A model generated the notes under the pieces. That model saw only the letters and a list, made by a program, of their open reading frames with translations, had not been told where the DNA came from and did no database searches. DNA of 63,910 nucleotides, filler included. It is 6 parts of 6 records of this genome, joined end to end, with 100 filler letters (N's around TTAATTAATTAA, not from the genome) between each part and the next. Parts side by side here need not be neighbours in the genome. Positions count along the whole stretch, not along the records: positions 1 to 21,350 come from DRR723986_23949; 5 more parts are not named here. One strand, written 5' to 3'. This document shows, one piece after another, positions 1 to 9,803 of the stretch. How positions within the stretch are numbered: the first letter of the stretch is position 1; every line of letters starts with the position of its first letter. Both the position numbers and the translations under genes were made by a program.

Positions 1-324
1 GCAGCAGGCCATGACCAGCTCTTCTTCGGCTCGCAAAATGTGACGGTCGTGCTTGTCCAGCGCATACATCACACCCGGTTTTATATGGTGGGTTTCACCG
101 GTTGCGACATCAGTGATCGAGCCCGAACCCTGCATGCAATAGACGCTTTCAAAGTGGTTCTTGTACTCGAACGTGTGCTCGGATCCCGCATCCAGAAAGG
201 TGATGTGGAACGAAAACCCCATACCGTCCTCAGCCAGCAACATACGCACGCTGCTCCATTGCGCATCCGACACCACACGATCGCGTTGCTTGTCGATAAT
301 CTCGTTGAAATCGCGTATAATCAT
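1..324 (-). CDS. ectC: L-ectoine synthase (3' truncated by window edge)
   Basis: Not in the ORF track. ATG at 324 translates to MIIRDFNEIIDKQRDRVVSDAQWSSVRMLLAEDGMGFSFHITFL...YKNHFESVYC...PGVMYALDKHDRHILRA, with the EctC cupin motifs. Lies directly downstream of ectB. Confidence 0.95.
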   Translation of the reverse strand, partial: MIIRDFNEIIDKQRDRVVSDAQWSSVRMLLAEDGMGFSFHITFLDAGSEHTFEYKNHFESVYCMQGSGSITDVATGETHHIKPGVMYALDKHDRHILRAEEELVMACC

Positions 325-327
325 GTC

Positions 328-1614
328 TTACTCCGCTGCAAATTTGCTTGAATCTGTTGTGAAACGAACGGCCTTCCGCAGGATCTGCAAGCCCTTCAGG
401 AATGTGTCTTCATCTGTGGTCAGTGGGGCCAGAACCTTGACCACCTGATCTTCACTGCCTGACGTTTCGATGATCAACCCGTCGCGAAAGGCACGGGCAC
501 AGATTTCACCCGCCAATTCCCCTGATCTGACGTCAATCCCTTGCATCATGCCGCGGCCCTTAATCTGGGCTCCGGGCAACATCTCTGCCATGTCATTGAG
601 CGCTTCGGTCAAGCGCGATGCTTTGGCGGCTACATCTGTTTGGAACCGATCGTTGGCCCAGAATTTGGTGATGGCAACGCGGGCGGTGACAAAGGCATGG
701 GTGTTGCCGCGAAAGGTTCCATTGTGCTCGGCGGGGCCAAAAACGTCGTGTTCTGGGCGGACCAGCAGCAACGCCATCGGCAAGCCAAAACCCGACACCG
801 ATTTTGCCAGAGTCACGATATCCGGGGTAACCCCCATGTCTTCGAACGAAAAGAATCCACCGGTTCGACCGCACCCGGCCTGAATGTCGTCGATGATCAG
901 AAGCGCACCATGTTCCTTGGCCAGCGCCGCAATGCGTCGAAGCCATTCGGGGCGCGCAGCGTTTAACCCGCCTTCTCCCTGTACGGTTTCCAACAAAATA
1001 GCCGCCGGTGCATCAATGCCTGAAGACCGATCCTTAAGCATCGCTTCGAGGAAATCGGCGGTATCGGTTCCACCTGCAAAGTAGCCGTCATAAGGCATTC
1101 GGGTCACGCCGTTCAGCGTGGTGCCAGCACCGCCACGATGATAGCTGTTGCCAGTGGCTGCCAATGTTCCCAGCGTGACGCCATGAAACCCGTTGGTAAA
1201 TGCGATCACATTGGTGCGCCCTGTAACCTTGCGCGCCAGTTTCATCGCGGCCTCGACAGCGTTGGCCCCGGTTGGTCCGGTGAACATCACTTTGTGATCC
1301 ATCTTGCGGGGCCTCAGGATGTGCCGATCAAAGGCTTGTAGAAACTCCGCCTTTGCATCGGTGTGCATATCCAACCCATGAGCAATCCCATCAGCCTGCA
1401 AATGTGCGATCAGCGCCGCTTTCATGTCCGGATCGTTGTGGCCGTAATTCAGCGAAGAACACCCGGCGAGAAAGTCGATGTACCGCCGCCCGCTCTCGTC
1501 GGTCATTTCGGACCCTCTGGCCGAAGCGAACACGGTGTTGAACCCACGGCAGTAACTGCGCGCTTCGGACTCGCGGCGCGTGAAGATGGCAATATCGGAG
1601 GTATTCGTAGACAT
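328..1614 (-). CDS. ectB: diaminobutyrate--2-oxoglutarate transaminase
   Basis: ESEARSYCR N-terminus, SLNYGHN, GPTGANAVEAA, ETVQGEGG, DDIQAGCGRTG and PLP lysine in LAKS. Start set at ATG 1614 behind an AGAGG RBS (track ORF starts at 1677). Confidence 0.95.
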   Translation of the reverse strand: MSTNTSDIAIFTRRESEARSYCRGFNTVFASARGSEMTDESGRRYIDFLAGCSSLNYGHNDPDMKAALIAHLQADGIAHGLDMHTDAKAEFLQAFDRHILRPRKMDHKVMFTGPTGANAVEAAMKLARKVTGRTNVIAFTNGFHGVTLGTLAATGNSYHRGGAGTTLNGVTRMPYDGYFAGGTDTADFLEAMLKDRSSGIDAPAAILLETVQGEGGLNAARPEWLRRIAALAKEHGALLIIDDIQAGCGRTGGFFSFEDMGVTPDIVTLAKSVSGFGLPMALLLVRPEHDVFGPAEHNGTFRGNTHAFVTARVAITKFWANDRFQTDVAAKASRLTEALNDMAEMLPGAQIKGRGMMQGIDVRSGELAGEICARAFRDGLIIETSGSEDQVVKVLAPLTTDEDTFLKGLQILRKAVRFTTDSSKFAAE

Positions 1615-1679
1615 ACGACCTCTTTCAGGTTTCGGAGGATGAAAAAACAAAGGCGAGGCCAGAACCGGGTGCCGCATAT

Positions 1680-2210
1680 CTAGGCCGCCAAAGCGGCCCG
1701 TTCCGCCAGCGGGATCGTGACCATATGTTCGGTCTTGTGCTGTTCTTGGAAATGCAGCGCCTGCGTGTAATAGGGCGTTATATCCATTCTATGACCCTGT
1801 AGTCGGGAAAACTTGCGGAACAAGGACCACGATGCTTCGTTGTCAGCTGTGATCGTCGTTTGCAGGCGGGTCACGCCGTTGCATTGTGGCCGGTTCAGGA
1901 TGCTCTGCAACATCAACGCCCCCAGCCCACGCCCGCGTGCCTTGTCAGAGACGGCGACCTGCCAGACGAACAGTGTGTCAGGGGCGTTCGGCATAACATA
2001 GGCCGAGACCCAGCCGACAACTTCTTGCGACAGATCTGCAAGGACGCAGGTGTCGGCAAAGTGATCGCATTGCAGCAGGTTACAATACATGGAGTTTTCG
2101 TCGAGCGGACTGCACGCCCGGACAAGTTTCCAGATTTCAGCGCCATCTTTGGCGGCGGGTTTACGCAGGGCGGGTAGCGGCACCTGCATTGTCTGAGCGG
2201 GGTGTTGCAT
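1680..2210 (-). CDS. ectA: diaminobutyrate acetyltransferase
   Basis: PLDENSMYCNLLQCDHFADTC, LFVWQVAV..ARGRGLG, TTITADNEASW. AAAGGAG RBS before ATG 2210. Confidence 0.95.
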   Translation of the reverse strand: MQHPAQTMQVPLPALRKPAAKDGAEIWKLVRACSPLDENSMYCNLLQCDHFADTCVLADLSQEVVGWVSAYVMPNAPDTLFVWQVAVSDKARGRGLGALMLQSILNRPQCNGVTRLQTTITADNEASWSLFRKFSRLQGHRMDITPYYTQALHFQEQHKTEHMVTIPLAERAALAA

Positions 2211-2427
2211 TTGGGTAGCTCCTTTCGCTTCGGTGAGCGAAGTAACATGCAGTCCCTCATAATTCAACTATCAAAGCAAAATGTGACGGAAGGGAACCAA
2301 ATATGGTGTTCTATTGGCAAATTCATCTATTTGAGTCCATTTTTTGCTTTGCTTCGCAAAACATTATTTGGTTTGAAAGTTGTTGGGTGAATGCGTATTC
2401 TTTGATGATCAAACCAATGGAGGTTGA

Positions 2428-2901
2428 GTGGAACGCATCGACAGCAGCTTGATCGCCCTTCGGCGGATCGTGCGCGCAACCGAACTCTTCGGTCGTGAAA
2501 TTCGCCAAACCACAGGCGTTACCCCATCGCAGTTTCGGGTGCTTCAGATCATCGCAGAGCGGGGGTTCGTGACGGCAAAAACCATTTCGACGCGCATGCA
2601 GGTGTCGCAGGGCACCGTGACCTCCCTGGTGGACAAGTTGGTGCGCGACGGTCTGGTTGTACGCCAAAAGTCGACGGCGGATCGGCGGCAAATCGACATC
2701 CTGCTAACCGAACCTGGCCGAACCGTTCTTGCTGATGCACCCGACCCCTTGCAGCAACGGTTCGTTCGTAAGTTCGCCGCTATGGAAGATTGGGAACAAG
2801 CCATGCTGGTCGCCGGTCTGGAACGGGTTGCGGCCATGCTGGACGCTGAAGATATGGATGCGTCACCTGTTCTGGATACAGGTGAAATCCGTCCCGTGTA
2901 G
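2428..2901 (+). CDS. ectR: MarR-family regulator of the ect operon (EctR-like)
   Basis: LIALRRIVRA N-terminus, wHTH with DRR, APDPLQ and ASPVL motifs. Divergent from ectA, GGAGG RBS. Confidence 0.85.
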   Translation: MERIDSSLIALRRIVRATELFGREIRQTTGVTPSQFRVLQIIAERGFVTAKTISTRMQVSQGTVTSLVDKLVRDGLVVRQKSTADRRQIDILLTEPGRTVLADAPDPLQQRFVRKFAAMEDWEQAMLVAGLERVAAMLDAEDMDASPVLDTGEIRPV

Positions 2902-2963
2902 ATGCCATTCCAATCGAACCCACAAAAGGGCGCGCGATCATTCCTAGGCCACCGAGGTCAAGT

Positions 2964-4750
2964 CTAGAGCCAATAGAAGGTCATTGAAGCCTGTTTTATG
3001 CGGGTTTCTGGGCCAGTGCCGGACCAGATAACGTGAGCAAAGTCATCTAAGTCCCACCCCGATAATTTTTTGACGGTGTTTTCAGAAGGAGGGGGCGCAG
3101 AAACCGTAAACCCGGTCGTCAGCGAAGCCAGTTTTTCAGCATTACTACTGAGCAGATGGCTTGCTGCGTTGGTTTCTTCCAATGCAGTCGCCTGACTTGC
3201 GGTGCGAGGTGCCAAATCGTCTGCTGCCTGATTGATTTCAGCAGGCTCATTGCGGATGGATTCAGCCACCGAAGCCACATCGACGACGGTTAGGTTCAGT
3301 GTCCTTACAGCGCTGTTGAAATCGCCTTTCAGTTGTACGTAATCTTCTGTCAGATTGTCGTCGATACGATAGGTTAAGTCACCCTTTGAGATATGTGCCA
3401 ACCCGGTGCCGATCGCATTGATCGCAGCGGTTTGCTGCGCTTGGCTTTCTGCACGTTCTTCGTCTGCGAACCGCGTCAAAACTTGTTTTTCGACCAAGCC
3501 ATCGCGGAACACTGTGAGGGCTTTTGCGATGCGGGCAATTTCGTCACTTGCACGATCAAATCCGACCACGGAGTTCATATCGCCTTGAGACAACCGTTCT
3601 GTGGTAAGGCTGATTTTGTTGAGCGGGCGGGCAATCAAGGCGTGGTTTAGCACCAGGGTGACCAAGATGAAAACGCAGGATAAACCTCCTAATGTCTTTA
3701 GGTTGCCTTTCACTTCTTTGGCGTCCTGAGCGATTGTGTTCACCCGATCCGTGATCGCTGTTTGGCTGGCTACGACGCGCAGAGAGGTAAGGCCGGCAAT
3801 CTTTAAGACAGCCTCGGCCGTAGCATCAGCCGTCTGTCTGGCCGTTTCATTGGCCTGCAGTGACTGAATACGAGAATGGGCGAGGCCGGTGTTTGGATCT
3901 GCTATCGCGGAAATGCCGTCCAGATCATCTGCCAGAAAGCCGTCGCCGAAATCTCGGTATCCAGCAAGCGCATCAGCCGCGGCAGAGATTGCCATTTGGC
4001 CTGATCGTGCCAGTTCCACAGACGTTGCAGTCATGACCTTGAGGGCCTCAAGCTGGAAGGCGCTTAGTTTCGCGTTGATTTCTATAAGCGTGTTCAAAAA
4101 TGCGACCTCGTTATCCAATAGGCTCTGGATCGTATCGCGATTGTTGGTGCTTACATCAGCGGCCTGGCGTTCGGCAAGCACTGCGCTCCGGTTTGCAGTC
4201 TGAATTCATTTTCACCCGAGATTGCGTTGGTCATAGCCTTAGAAAATTCCGCTAACTCTTGAGCCACGGTAGGCCCGTTGTCAGAGGCGCTTCATGTGTG
4301 AGTGACCCGATCAACCGGTTATAGGATGACAGTGCGAGGTCAGATGAGATTGACGTTGTGGCGCTGTCCTGGGCCGAAGCCAATGCAATGGTCGCCCCGG
4401 AAATGAGACTGATTTCAGATCGGATTTCAAGCAGTGCTTACAGGGCCGTGAATTTGTCTACCACCAGATCGACCATCATCTCTTCGCCATTGATGGAAAT
4501 GTTGAAATACGCGTCATCTGCTGTTTGTAACAACCGCGATTGCAGGTCTGTAGAAAGTTGCTGCAGGCCATTGGTCATCGCGCCAATACGCGCGGAATAC
4601 TCAAAAACGCGACCACGGGATTGAAGAGAGGTCGCAAGGGTTCCACTCACCTGTGCCAGAGCTGCCATGAACTCTGCCTGTGGAAGATCCAGTATGGCCT
4701 TACGCAGGGCGGCGAGTGACGTGGCTATGTTGGTAGATACCGATGTGAGA
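2964..4750 (-). pseudogene. fragmented methyl-accepting chemotaxis protein
   Basis: TM-HAMP-HAMP region (ARPLNKI...DEIARIAKALTVFRD...GDLTYRI...QLKGDFN) followed by a signalling domain collapsed to RTASQATALEETNAASHLL. The upstream part is split over several frames with stops. Confidence 0.7.
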
Positions 4751-4972
4751 TCGTTACTGTTTCGGGACAGCTTGATAAATTCGGCAACTGACTTGTAAGC
4801 ACCGACCATCACCACTGCGTCGGGTTTGGCCTTGCGGATAGTCAGCATCGCCTTGTTCACAGCGGTTGTGTTGCGCGTATACGCTGTTGATGGTTACGCC
4901 TTGTTCGGCCTTCACTAAAAGCGGCGTGACAGCGAGGGCCGCCGCTGCAAAGATCGTTTTCTTAAGGGACAT
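4751..4972 (-). pseudogene. remnant of ABC (branched-chain amino acid type) substrate-binding protein
   Basis: Signal peptide MSLKKTIFAAAALAVTPLLVKAEQGVT. After a frameshift and deletion comes RNTTAVNKAMLTIRKAKPDAVVMVGAYKSVAEFIK, an internal segment of such proteins, fused to chemoreceptor-like sequence. Confidence 0.6.
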
Positions 4973-5383
4973 TCTGATACTCCGTTACTCGGCTTTGGGC
5001 TGGCTCAAAACCTGAAACCAAGGTGTTTGAATTTCTCATAAGCAGAGAAAACCTTATCATCAGATAACGTCTAAAACCTTATCTGGTTTCGTAGGATTTC
5101 GTATTATCTCATTGAAAGTTATTAATTCTTCAGATCGGGTGAAGAGCCAAAACCGACCCGGCCGCCGTGGCGAAATGCCTGTGACCTGCCTGAAATTGCC
5201 CTAGACAGTCTGTGATGCCGGAAATGGTGGTTCTTGCGAACGTAGTTCTTGCAATCGCGATCTATGCCATAGACTGCAAAAGGCAGCACCTGCGTGGGGC
5301 AAAATTGGTGTCGGTATTGTGACGCATAATTAAGTCTGACTTACAGAAACCGCGTCGCCACCTAGGTTCCAAAGGTCTTTGAG

Positions 5384-6295
5384 CTACCTGTCTGTTGTAT
5401 TCATCCCGACCAAAACGGACCAGAACATGACGAGCGCCTCGGAATGGACCTGAGCTTTGCGCGACGCGCAGATGTTCCACTGAATAGGGGGGCTGACAGT
5501 GATTTCCCGGGCTGTCTTGGTCGCAAGAACTTCGGCAAATGTCTCACGCATGCCACCGACTATGAAATCTGGTTCCGCAAGAAGTCCAGAGAGAAAACTG
5601 TAGTCATCGCATTCAATTTGCGGCAACGCGCGGACCTTGTCTTCTGCCTGCTGATCCCCCCCAAAGGCCTTAGTCAGCGTCGCTTTCCAATGTTTATGAA
5701 GGTGTGGGGATGCAAAGGGATATTCGAACACGTCGGCAAGGGATTGTGGCCCCTTGGTATGAACGTCATGTGATGTATGCGCCAGAAAAACGACGGGTTG
5801 CTTGTCCATCACCACAATTTCGATGTTTTCAGCCGCCGGTGTATACGTGAGGTCCCCAACGAAAATGTCGAACTGCCCGCTTTGCAGAAGGTCCAGCGGA
5901 CGTCTGTACGCGCTGACAAGAACTTCAAAGCGTAAATCGGGCAGGCGCGCGCGCACGTGTTGGAGGGCGGGCATGATCAAGGTTCGGCTTGCCAAGGGCC
6001 CACATCCAATACGTAAAACACCACGCCCGGCATCGCGCATGTCTGCAACGCGTCTGGTGTAACTCTCTAAATCGGCTTTAAGGCTCTGCGCCACCGGCAA
6101 GAATTCCTGTCCTTCGCGGGTTAGCGTGCTGTTGTTTCGGGTTCGGTTGAACAGGGTGAACCCGGCCTCTGTCTCGGCCTGTGCGATGTATCGCGACAGA
6201 GAGGCATTCGAGACACCGGTTTCACGAGCAGCCTCCTTAAAGCTGCCCGTACGGGCCAGTGTTAGAAAGGCTGTTAGGGCATTCTCGTTTATCAT
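5384..6295 (-). CDS. LysR-family transcriptional regulator
   Basis: N-terminal HTH (GSFKEAARETGVSNASLSRYIAQAE...LFNR...LTREG), 303 aa, divergent from the sulfatase. Confidence 0.93.
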   Translation of the reverse strand: MINENALTAFLTLARTGSFKEAARETGVSNASLSRYIAQAETEAGFTLFNRTRNNSTLTREGQEFLPVAQSLKADLESYTRRVADMRDAGRGVLRIGCGPLASRTLIMPALQHVRARLPDLRFEVLVSAYRRPLDLLQSGQFDIFVGDLTYTPAAENIEIVVMDKQPVVFLAHTSHDVHTKGPQSLADVFEYPFASPHLHKHWKATLTKAFGGDQQAEDKVRALPQIECDDYSFLSGLLAEPDFIVGGMRETFAEVLATKTAREITVSPPIQWNICASRKAQVHSEALVMFWSVLVGMNTTDR

Positions 6296-6443
6296 GGCAA
6301 GACTCAGGTTACAGTTTCTGGGTTATAAGTTCCAAGAAGTGCAACTGAGGTCAACCAAAGTTGCGAGCCTGAACCCCTGCCAGCTATCATTGGCTGTTAC
6401 CTCGTCGTTTCCCACCATAGCGAAGAAAAACAAAGGAATAGTT

Positions 6444-8024
6444 ATGCTTAATATACGCAGGGGTCTGATGTCTGCCCTGGCGGCCACCGTCGCGTTTTGC
6501 GCCGCGCCGGGGCTGGTACATGCAGAGACCGAACAGCCCAACATACTTGTTATCATGGCTGATGATGTGGGTTGGGCAAGTCTGGGCAGCTATCATCAGG
6601 GCGTTAAGAGTATCCAGACTCCCAATTTGGATCAGTTGGCCGCGGATGGCATGCGATTGACCGACTACTACGCGCAACCAAGCTGTACCGCGGGGCGGTC
6701 GGCCTTCATCACAGGTCAATATCCAGTGCGCACCGGCATGCACACGGTTGGGCTGCCGGGTGACCCCGACAAGGGGCTGAGCGTTGACGATCCGACCTTG
6801 GCTGACATGTTGAAATCGCTTGGCTACACGACCGGGCAATTTGGCAAAAACCACCTTGGAGATATGAATAAATTCCTACCAACGATGAAGGGGTTCAATG
6901 AATATTGGGGCTGGCTCTATCACCTGAACGCCATGGAATACACGGTTGATCCTGATTGGCCCAAAGACGCTGAATTCAACGATACATTCGGCCCCCGCAA
7001 CATCATTCATGCCTATGCGACTGAAGCCGTGGATGAAACCGTCGATCCGCGTTGGGGTCTTGTCGGTAAGCAACGCATCGTTGATGACGGTCCCGCACCG
7101 CCAGAGCGCCAAAAGACGCTCGACAACGAAGTGACTGCACACACTCTCGATTTCATTGACCGTGCTGTGGACAGCGAGACACCGTTCTTCGTTTGGATGG
7201 CGCCTGCACGGGCCCATGTCTGGACACATCTCAGCCCTGAATACGAGGCGCTTCTCGGTGATGGACGTGGATTGCAGGACGTGGTGATGAAAGAACTGGA
7301 TGACAATGTCGGCAAGGTTCTGGCGCATCTCGATACACTTGGGGTCGCTGACAACACAATCGTCGTTTTCACCTCGGACAACGGCCCCGAAACGATGACT
7401 TGGCCCGATGGCGGCACCACGCCGTTTCACGGAGAAAAGGGCACAACGTGGGAGGGGGGATTCCGCGTCCCTGCGATCATCCGTTGGCCGGGTAAAGTTC
7501 CAGCCGGACAAGTTAACAATGGCATTTTCGATGGCATGGACTGGATGCCCACTCTTGTTGCCGCTGCCGGTGGGCCAGACAATCTGCCCGCAACCCTGCT
7601 AGAGGGGTACGAGGGGTTTAAGGTGCACCTTGATGGCTATAATCAGCTCTCTTTCCTGACGGGTAAGACAGGCAGCAATCGTAAAGAGATCGTTTATTAC
7701 GAAGGTCCTGACTTGCAGGCTGTGCGTTATAAGGATTGGAAAGCGCATTTCACCATCCAAACGCAAGGATGGGCCGGACCAAAAGAAGAGCTGAATGCGC
7801 CGCTGCTCTTTAACCTGCGTCGGGATCCGTATGAGAAAGCGGCGGATGAATCCGGCATGTACACGCGCTGGATGGGGAACAAGATGTGGGCATTCGGGCC
7901 AGCGGCGCGTTTGGTTCAAAAACATCTGTCCACGTTTGCTGAGTTCCCTCCGCGCGGCAGTGCTGTAACCAACGAGGCCCACGTGCAGGAACAAATTTCC
8001 AGCGAAGGTGGGATGTCACAGTAA
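6444..8024 (+). CDS. secreted arylsulfatase (formylglycine-dependent)
   Basis: PNILVIMADDVG, SCTAGRSAFITG (CxxxR), GKNHLG, FTSDNG, GEKGTTWEGGFRVP. RR-containing signal peptide from ATG 6444 with AAAGGA RBS. Confidence 0.95.
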   Translation: MLNIRRGLMSALAATVAFCAAPGLVHAETEQPNILVIMADDVGWASLGSYHQGVKSIQTPNLDQLAADGMRLTDYYAQPSCTAGRSAFITGQYPVRTGMHTVGLPGDPDKGLSVDDPTLADMLKSLGYTTGQFGKNHLGDMNKFLPTMKGFNEYWGWLYHLNAMEYTVDPDWPKDAEFNDTFGPRNIIHAYATEAVDETVDPRWGLVGKQRIVDDGPAPPERQKTLDNEVTAHTLDFIDRAVDSETPFFVWMAPARAHVWTHLSPEYEALLGDGRGLQDVVMKELDDNVGKVLAHLDTLGVADNTIVVFTSDNGPETMTWPDGGTTPFHGEKGTTWEGGFRVPAIIRWPGKVPAGQVNNGIFDGMDWMPTLVAAAGGPDNLPATLLEGYEGFKVHLDGYNQLSFLTGKTGSNRKEIVYYEGPDLQAVRYKDWKAHFTIQTQGWAGPKEELNAPLLFNLRRDPYEKAADESGMYTRWMGNKMWAFGPAARLVQKHLSTFAEFPPRGSAVTNEAHVQEQISSEGGMSQ

Positions 8025-8038
8025 AGGTAATCTGATTT

Positions 8039-8070
8039 CGAGGGCGGCGCCTTGCCGCCCTCGTATTTCT
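8039..8070 (+). terminator. intrinsic terminator after sulfatase
   Basis: CGAGGGCGGC-gcctt-GCCGCCCTCG, a 10-bp stem followed by TATTTCT. Confidence 0.7.
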
Positions 8071-8378
8071 CACTGGCGGGTTCCCGTGTTTGAACATGCG
8101 CCTATGGCAACTGGCATTTCACCTTACCCACGTGGGAACCCCCCGATGTTGTCTGATTTTCCGTTTTGAAAATGGCTGTGTTGTGCCCCAAAGACACGTC
8201 AGTGGCTGGAAAAAAAGTTGCAGAGGGCGTGCCCTAGGTTGATCTGAGATGGGCAAAATATGTCCCTAAACTTTAGTATATGAACGCACTCTTTTGCGCG
8301 TGATTTCATACGGTTTAACCAACGTGTTGCGAACAGGGTTTGGTATCTGAAGAGACCTGATGTCGAAACGAGGTCGCT

Positions 8379-9803
8379 TTGAAAGTCCTTTATGAACCCC
8401 CTGAAACAGAACTAGCTTGGAAAGTTCGGGCACCTCTGGTGGTGGAAACACCTACGGGTGAGGCCGTACGCATTGAAAGCTGGTCTCTGGCAGGGATTGT
8501 TTGGCCTGACGACGCTCCTGCCTGTCCGCAGACGGGGACGTTGAGTGTGCCATTCCAGGGCGTCGACATTCGCTTTCCCATTCGTTTGGTGTTGCAAGAG
8601 GATGGAACCACAGTTGGCTTTGAAGGGTTAAGTGGCCGGCAGCGGGAAACTTTGGCGTTGTTCTACCGATCGCTTTTGTCGGGTCGCATGGCAAGCAGCG
8701 CCGAGGTGATTACCAGCTTGGACACGCCTGTTGACCTTGTCCCGATGGGTGAAACGGAAACCGAACAAACCCAGCAACCTGTCCTTTTTATACCGCGACC
8801 ACTGCGCGTCGCGTTCAACGTTGCGACCTATCTGCTGATTGCGACCATGGTTGTGGGCGTGTTGGGCAATAATATTTTCACCAACCTGGATCGGATCGAC
8901 ATACAGCATGGCCGGGTTCTGGCACCGATGGTACAAGCCTTTCCCGAACGCAAAGGTTTCATTGAAACGCTAGAGTCTGCACCCGGATCAAAGGTGCGGG
9001 CCGGTGATATTTTGATCCGGTTGCGGGATCCAGAGACACAGGCCCTGCTGCAAGGGGTTGAGGTTGAGCTGGGGGTGGCAACAGAGGCCTATGGGCATGT
9101 GGCCGAGGCTCTTGCCGAGTTGGAAGATCAGGAAGGTGCTGAAAACCTGACGCTGCGCATGGCGGTTGCATCGCGACTTTATGCGCGCTTTATCGGAACC
9201 AACGGATTTGATGACATGCGGCGGCAGTGGATTACGCTGCGAGAACGCAATCGCGAATTGACCACGGCCTATGATCCGCTGTTGATTGTTCGCGATATTC
9301 TGCGTGCCGAGGCGGCCTCTCGTGCTGCGAAAGTGGCAAGTTTGAAGGCGAGCCGGGCGTCCTATTTGGAAATGATAGATCGCAATCACGTACGGGCCCC
9401 AACAAACGGCACCGTGCGTGCGCTGCAGGCACAGGTCGGCGCGCCGTTTGGAGCAATGGACGAAGACCTGTTGTTTGAAACCGATGATCCGCGTGTGACC
9501 ATCGGTTGGGTGTCCGAGCGGTTCGCAGAAACCGTTTTCATTGGGATGCCGGCCACGATTGGCCTGAATGAACGCGGTGAAAAGATCAAGATACCGGGCG
9601 CGGTCACTGATGTGCGGGCCGGAGATCACCCTGAACGCCCGGGTGAATTTGGCATCGTGGTCACTGTGACCGCGACCGGGGTGTCTTCTGCGGATACGAA
9701 AACCCGTTTGCGCATCGGGGCCCCGGTCAATCTGGAAGCAAAGCGTCAGCTGGGAAAACGGTTCAGGGATTGGGTCGAAAAAGTGGTGGCGCGTGATGGC
9801 TAA
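8379..9803 (+). CDS. Alg44-like co-polymerase (degenerate PilZ + TM + HlyD/membrane-fusion domain)
   Basis: PilZ-like N-terminus (WSLAG; LFYRSLLSG...VITSLDTP, resembling the Alg44 post-PilZ helix), one TM segment, lipoyl-like GSKVRAGDIL / RAPTNGTV halves around a coiled coil. Overlaps the GT2 start. Confidence 0.7.
   Translation: MKVLYEPPETELAWKVRAPLVVETPTGEAVRIESWSLAGIVWPDDAPACPQTGTLSVPFQGVDIRFPIRLVLQEDGTTVGFEGLSGRQRETLALFYRSLLSGRMASSAEVITSLDTPVDLVPMGETETEQTQQPVLFIPRPLRVAFNVATYLLIATMVVGVLGNNIFTNLDRIDIQHGRVLAPMVQAFPERKGFIETLESAPGSKVRAGDILIRLRDPETQALLQGVEVELGVATEAYGHVAEALAELEDQEGAENLTLRMAVASRLYARFIGTNGFDDMRRQWITLRERNRELTTAYDPLLIVRDILRAEAASRAAKVASLKASRASYLEMIDRNHVRAPTNGTVRALQAQVGAPFGAMDEDLLFETDDPRVTIGWVSERFAETVFIGMPATIGLNERGEKIKIPGAVTDVRAGDHPERPGEFGIVVTVTATGVSSADTKTRLRIGAPVNLEAKRQLGKRFRDWVEKVVARDG

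Noticed and set aside
6126-6443. Long N-terminal extension of the sulfatase
   Set aside because: It overlaps the LysR gene; the RBS and signal peptide point to ATG 6444.
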